A DNA stretch of 64,000 nt from Orbicella franksi (Eukaryota), in the NCBI GenBank assembly GCA_964199315.1, contig OZ116701.1, positions 4,092,001-4,156,000 on the forward strand, written 5' to 3'. The notes beneath the pieces are model-generated. The model saw only the letters and a program-made list of their open reading frames with translations. It had not been told where the DNA came from and made no database searches. Of the stretch, positions 58,394-64,000 are shown piece after piece. Each line of letters starts with the position of its first letter. The stretch's first letter is position 1. A program made the translations under genes and the position numbers.

Positions 58394-58651
58394 TTTTCAC
58401 CAAATGCTGTAGGAATGGCTGTTTTTCATTAATGATGCATTTTGCCAGTAAGGCAGACATTTAATTTGTGAATCGAGTGTAGCTCATAATGCAAATCTGT
58501 CCAGGCTCCATTCAAGAGCACTTTTTCACCAAATGCTGTAGGAATGGCTGTTTTTCATTAATGATGCATTTTGCCAGTAAGGCAGACATTTAATTTGTGA
58601 ATCGAGTGTAGCTCATAATGCAAATCTGTCCAGGCTCCATTCAAGAGCACT
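58394..58651. repeat. Perfect 129-bp direct tandem duplication
   Basis: 58394-58522 and 58523-58651 are identical (ttttcaccaaatgctg...caagagcact). Confidence 0.9.
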
Positions 58652-61600
58652 GATTGGTAAACTAGCCCTTAACTTATGTGTGATTTGCGTTTGCCCAAGA
58701 TCAGTCAACGTGGTACATGTTTTGTCACACATTTATCAAAACTTGGTAATGTTGAGAAAAGAAAACTAAAACTGTATAATTTTGCCTGCACCTTAAGTGT
58801 AGTCTTAAATAACTGTGTACTTTGTAAAGAAAGAACTTTGAACACAGGTACCAAACCAAGACTGTGAGGTTTTGCCTCCTGCTAGTCAACTTAGACAGGT
58901 ATTTGCAATCAGTGAGGATGCCGACATCCTCTGTTAGACTGTGTAAGGATTGACTGATCCCTTTAGATACGTTGCTAAGCGACACAAGGAATTCTCACTG
59001 CACCATACTGGTGTGACTGCTTGTAGGGAACTTTAAAGTGTTAGAGCTATTTTTTTTTATTGTCATGTCACATATAGTCTGGGGTGTGAATATCTATAAA
59101 GGAAAAAAAAAACTCTATGAAAAATATTTACCATATTTTCGTGTAAATATTAGTGCTGAAAACAAAGCTGTGGTTTGTAATTCAATAGGCTAAAGATATA
59201 ATATTTATGCAACGCCTATTGGTGTTATGGGATTTGTATATTAATGTATTATATGTTTGGTATGTCATTTAATTATGTAAAGCTTTGATCTCAGCTTGTG
59301 AAGTGAAAACATAACTTATTATTTGTAGACCTACATGTTATGAAAATCTATCTGGGCCATGTCAAACAAAGCTGGAACAGCTGAAGAATTACAGTAATTT
59401 ATGACTGGACATTTTGCAATGAAATTATTTGAAAAAATTAAAGTAAGGTGAAGAAAATTAAATTCACAAGTAAATATAATTTATTTGTCATGTCAGACAT
59501 AAAATCGTGGCCAAAGATGTTATTTTGATTTGGGAACATAATAAAGATTTCATGTGTATCGTTCTTATTTTGTTTTCAAAAAATGATTGCCTGTGAATTA
59601 AGAAATTACTATTCTTCTTACTGATCTATTTTTAAAGAAAAATATTTATTTGGCATTCCTCATTTTCACTGTTCATTTAATTTAACAGCTACTGAAACAG
59701 TACTTTGTTATGCTGATTAATATTAATAATTATACTTCAAGGTTTCGTTTATTATACTTCAAGGTTTCGTTCATATGCAGCCCATTGGTTAAAGGTGATG
59801 TTACTCAGGGCGATTTTAATGCAGATTTTTAATGCTAATTTTTATTCCATGTTACATGGGACAAATTCTAAATTAATGGCACTTTGTTGCAGCAACGGTT
59901 GGCAACAGTATGCTACACAAGACACTTTTTAACACAACATTGTAAATTTGGCTGACATTGTTGCAGGTCTTTGAATTGTCAAAAACCTGCAACAAGCTGA
60001 CACAATAAAATGTTGTGTTAAAGTTTCCATGTGTACCATGTTACGTGATATCAACTTTTCACTCAACAATGTCACACTAAAAATCGGCTTGTGTAACATC
60101 ACTTTAAAGGAACACACCTTGAAAATGTTTCACATTTGTCAGTTACAGTCCATCTCAGTCTTTCTCATTTGCATCCACCCTTTTTGTAATAATTTGGTAA
60201 ACTGTCATTGTTGAGGTTTCCCTTCATTTGAAGGCAGTTTTATACTTAAGAAAATGTAACTGGTGACATATTCCCTTTAACCAAAGGAAGTAATTTCCAC
60301 TCTCTGGTCATTTTGTAATTTTTTGTCAACAGAGCAATTTTCATTTGAGTGTTGTAAACAAAAACCAAAATAGTTCCATCACTTTTATAAAGCCAATCAC
60401 TTTTTGCAGTGATACAAAACCACAGGAAATATGCAAATTACCTTCAACACTCAGTGAAAACTGTTCTTAGGGTATTATTAATATCATTTTGTTATAATTA
60501 AACATATATTACGTAATTAACCAGACAGGCCTCTTGTAAATTGACCAAGATTATAGGTGTCCAATTAGAGCACATAAGATATAATTTAGAACAAATTATT
60601 TGCATACAAATCAATTAACTTTTGAAGATGTTTGAAACTCTAATGGCCTAATTGTTATAGTGAATGATTAATTATTCTAGAGATTTCTACTACATACTTC
60701 TTACATACATTTGTAAGTAAAAACTGATGAAAATATATGGACTTAATAAAAGATTCCATTCAAACTGCTGGAATGTTCCACTGTTCTTGTTTGAAAGAAA
60801 GATCTATTTTTTTGTTATTGGATAATGTGTGAAGCTAAGGTCAACACAGACCGAATGTGTAATATTAGTTGACAAGTACACAGCCCAAGTAACTTTATTG
60901 TTTTAGTGTAAATCCGCTGGTTGTTCAAAACTCGACTAGTAAAATATCTATTTAAAAATCCTCATCAGACTCTTTGAAATGAAGTGGCTACCATTTTGTT
61001 AACCTCACACTATTGCACTGCTCGCTATCTATGACAGAATAGATAGTGAGTAACGTAGTCAATAAGAGAGTGGCATTCGTGATAGAGCACTAGTAGATTT
61101 ATACTAAAAGCAAATTTTAACAGTCAGTGGCATGCAAATAAAACAAGTAAGTCACGTAATAAAATAAATAAATAAATAAATAAATAAATAAATAGGAATT
61201 TGCAGTGGCACATCCCACAGAGAGGTTCTTTGCCCACCATTTGCAGATTGAATTGGAATTTAGAGGTGTTGATTTTTGATTTTGTGTCATGTTATTTAGC
61301 ACTGCTGCGCTAATTGGAGACACGCTAAGCCAAGAAACAAGTATTGTAATCCAAGCTGGCTGGAGTTCGACCAGTTAACTATTTACAAAGTGATAATTAA
61401 TATTATTGTATAATGAGCAACTGGGAAAGAAAACTGTGCCCAGAATGCAGAGTTGGCATCTCTACTGGTGCCCTCTCCCAGTAAGTTGTCATGGCAACTG
61501 TTACTAAGCTTCCTTCTGAATTTTCGGGATCTGCTCCTGACAGGGTCATTCAACATGTCCCTGCAAGAAATTATTTCCCACCAGCAGCAGTCTCAAATCT

Positions 61601-62973
61601 AGTATCAAGATTCTCTTTACAGTTTGTCATCCATTATCTCTGTTTCCCATTGGAGACTTTGGTTCAAAGTTAAGATTAAAGGCAAGATAACATATTATGT
61701 AGTTCTACACAGCAAGCTTGTTCTTTGCCTACTATTCCGTTTATTTCAATCATTTCAGAGTCGTGAGAAACACTTGGTGCTGCAGAATTTTGTGTACAGA
61801 AAAAACTCGTGTGACCTGTTAGCTCTTCCAGATGGAGAACAAATCATCCAGTCCACAGAATTGGTTATCAGATCTACAAGATGCAAAGAAAAAAAGCTTG
61901 AAACACGTTATTCTGCAGTTCCAGGGAATAGATATTCGTATGGACCCCTGGGAGATCATTGAAAATTCTGAGGGATTGAGGGGTCCCAACAATTTAAAGG
62001 AGTGCACGATTTCCAGAGGGATGAGGGGTTCACAACAACAATCTTCTGTGTGCAGGCTATGGATATTTTATGAAACCATTCTATGCATAATTTCAGTATA
62101 ACTTTGAATGTTAGATGAGGTGCCGTGGTTGATTACTACTGCACTTGTTGGGGGGTGGGGGGAGTTGGCTGTCCCTTCGTGAATTGGATATATTTTTGTT
62201 AGCATATCTTAAAGAAAATATACAACAAAAAAGAGAAGAACAGTTACTATAGTTGCGAATATACCTTACATTAGCATGCCACAAAGTTGTAAATTTTCAA
62301 AAGTATAATTTATTAGCCCACTTGTCATTTATCACAATACATTAAGAGATCGTAAATCAAAAACTAAGCTAATTCATAATCATTTCCAGCCATTTGCATG
62401 GCACTCGTTCTACATAAGTATTCCTAAATTAAGAAAACATTGCACTGAAAAAGGAACTGCAAATAAGCCAAATTCTTCACAGCTAGGCATGCGAATGTTC
62501 TAGCTCCATAAATCAGTCAATTCGACTTCTTTATAAAATATTTTCGAGTGGCTTGACTCAATAATTTCCTATTTGGATAACGTAATTATTTAGCTGCAGA
62601 CTGCATTTCAAAAGCACGGTAAACTTACAAAGCTTGCCGTGTTATACATAGAGATATTATAATACAGTATAAATTACCTACAAATATGCTGCAAAAATAC
62701 TCTGTTACAACTTCAAATACATCTCCAAATTCACATAAAATATTTATTTCGTATTGCATATAAAAAAAGTTGTGGATTCTATCGGCAAAACCGAATATAA
62801 ATAGACTAAAGCCCACAAGCTGAAACTTAATATTATCTTAATTTCTAACTCGTCTTTCTAAATAGACTGTAACCTCTGCTGCGAATCCTTTGGATTTGAG
62901 ATGAACTGTAGAAATAAACAACGTTCTAAAGCTTTTTTTTCACTTTGAAATTTATGGCCAGATACTAGTTTAG

Positions 62974-63813
62974 CTACGATCCAACTAGAATTTGCATTAC
63001 TTGGTCAAGTTCATCGTAAGCGTGTTCGCTTGCTCTTTCAAGCTTTACGCTGTCACTACATCTCGAAGGCAAACTTCGTGCAGCAACGCTAGTTGATCCA
63101 AGGTTCCAAGCACTGCAAAATTCATCAAAATCGATCGGAAACGATCCGTTGGGAACGTCAAAGTCGTAGAGCGAAACATCAACGTCTTTAAACTCGAGTT
63201 CTTCGGTTAATTCCAGCCCCAGAAGACTTCCACATGTGAATTCTCGAATCACGTCATCCGTGATCGTTCGTTCAGTTCGTTCGTGGCGTTCTTCGAAGCT
63301 CGAAGTATTGTTGTTCGAATCGGCGGAGCGCGAGGGGTTTTGAACTAGTGCTTCTAATTTCCCTTTGGCGCGCACTTCGTTTACGTTAGTCTTCTCTATG
63401 TCGAGTTCAAGTTCTTTTATCATTTTATCACCCAGAATATTCAGCTCTTGCTCAAAAGTTAGCGAACTTTTTGAAGTTTCGCGTGATCGCGTGCCGATAT
63501 TGTGGCCAGAGAGAGTTACTGGCTCAGCTCTGTTGACTGCTCTATCGAATGTTTTTCCGTCGCTAGGTTCACTCAAAACTGTGGTCTCTAAAGTCCTCCG
63601 CTCTTCTCTGATGTCCTCTTCGATGAGACGAAGCGTATTAGAGATCAACACGGTCCTGAAGAGGACAGGCTCTGGCCTAGTGAAGCTTTTCTGCAGTTTG
63701 CAGATCGAAATATTGAACACTGTTTGTCGTTGAAGACAACGGCCGTGAAACTCTCCATCGCCATCAATTTCAGGTAGCTTTCGTTTAACTCCGTGAGCTC
63801 GTTCTGTTATCAT
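62974..63813 (-). CDS. SERTAD2: SERTA-domain protein B (SERTAD2/CDCA4/Taranis type), 279 aa, single coding exon
   Basis: N-terminal GVKRK, SERTA core RQTVFNISICKLQ...EPVLFRTVLISNTLRLIE, C-terminal DELDQVMQILVGS characteristic of the SERTAD2/CDCA4 family. The acceptor cttttcttgtag lies 1 nt before the ATG; the first exon is outside the window. Confidence 0.9.
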   Translation of the reverse strand: MITERAHGVKRKLPEIDGDGEFHGRCLQRQTVFNISICKLQKSFTRPEPVLFRTVLISNTLRLIEEDIREERRTLETTVLSEPSDGKTFDRAVNRAEPVTLSGHNIGTRSRETSKSSLTFEQELNILGDKMIKELELDIEKTNVNEVRAKGKLEALVQNPSRSADSNNNTSSFEERHERTERTITDDVIREFTCGSLLGLELTEELEFKDVDVSLYDFDVPNGSFPIDFDEFCSAWNLGSTSVAARSLPSRCSDSVKLERASEHAYDELDQVMQILVGS

Positions 63814-64000
63814 CCTACAAGAAAAGGTGAAAGATTAAAGGCAGTATTAATTATCAGGGGCTGAGCTAGCCATTGCATAGTTTGACATTTTAGAAAGGTT
63901 TCAATACTGTAGGGGCTGTAGATCGGACAAAAATGCGCTTATCTTGCAGAAAATTGAGTTACAAATCACAGTTGCGAAATTCAGAACCGCTTGTTTCACG

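Noticed and set aside
61491-62101. Cluster of short plus-strand ORFs between the SERTA genes as a hidden gene
   Set aside because: No consistent splice-phase chain or known motif; the right part overlaps a MITE fragment.
63365-63733. 122-aa plus-strand ORF and 56659-56961 minus-strand ORF
   Set aside because: Antisense to the SERTA coding exons; Ser-rich shadows.

Overview
AT-rich animal genomic DNA. The repeat content and intron style suggest a cnidarian, most likely a stony coral (inference). Gene content, left to right: (1) a TPR-array + CHAT (TTC28-like) gene on +, whose main exon runs 533-3716 with 18 exact 120-nt repeats and a frameshifting internal deletion in the CHAT protease domain; (2) a repeat-dense 4.6-18.5 kb interval of SINEs and nested MITEs, including a decayed transposon-like reading frame with NHL-type beta-propeller repeats at 15296-16660 (-); (3) a kynurenine formamidase (AFMID) with an intron-free CDS at 19355-20308 (-); (4) a diverged ~2-kb tandem duplication carrying RFX X-boxes and a 1.75-kb TTAA-flanked transposon at 23.4-28.8 kb; (5) a complete 30-exon PLEKHH1/2 (MAX-1-like; coiled coil, 2xPH, MyTH4, FERM) gene at 30045-51079 (+), rebuilt by hand to a 1445-aa in-frame CDS; (6) two divergent SERTA-domain genes facing tail to tail, at 56021/56063-56998 (+) and 62974-63813 (-). 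I found no rRNA, intact tRNA gene or CRISPR array. All family names come from visual motif recognition; no database searches were run.
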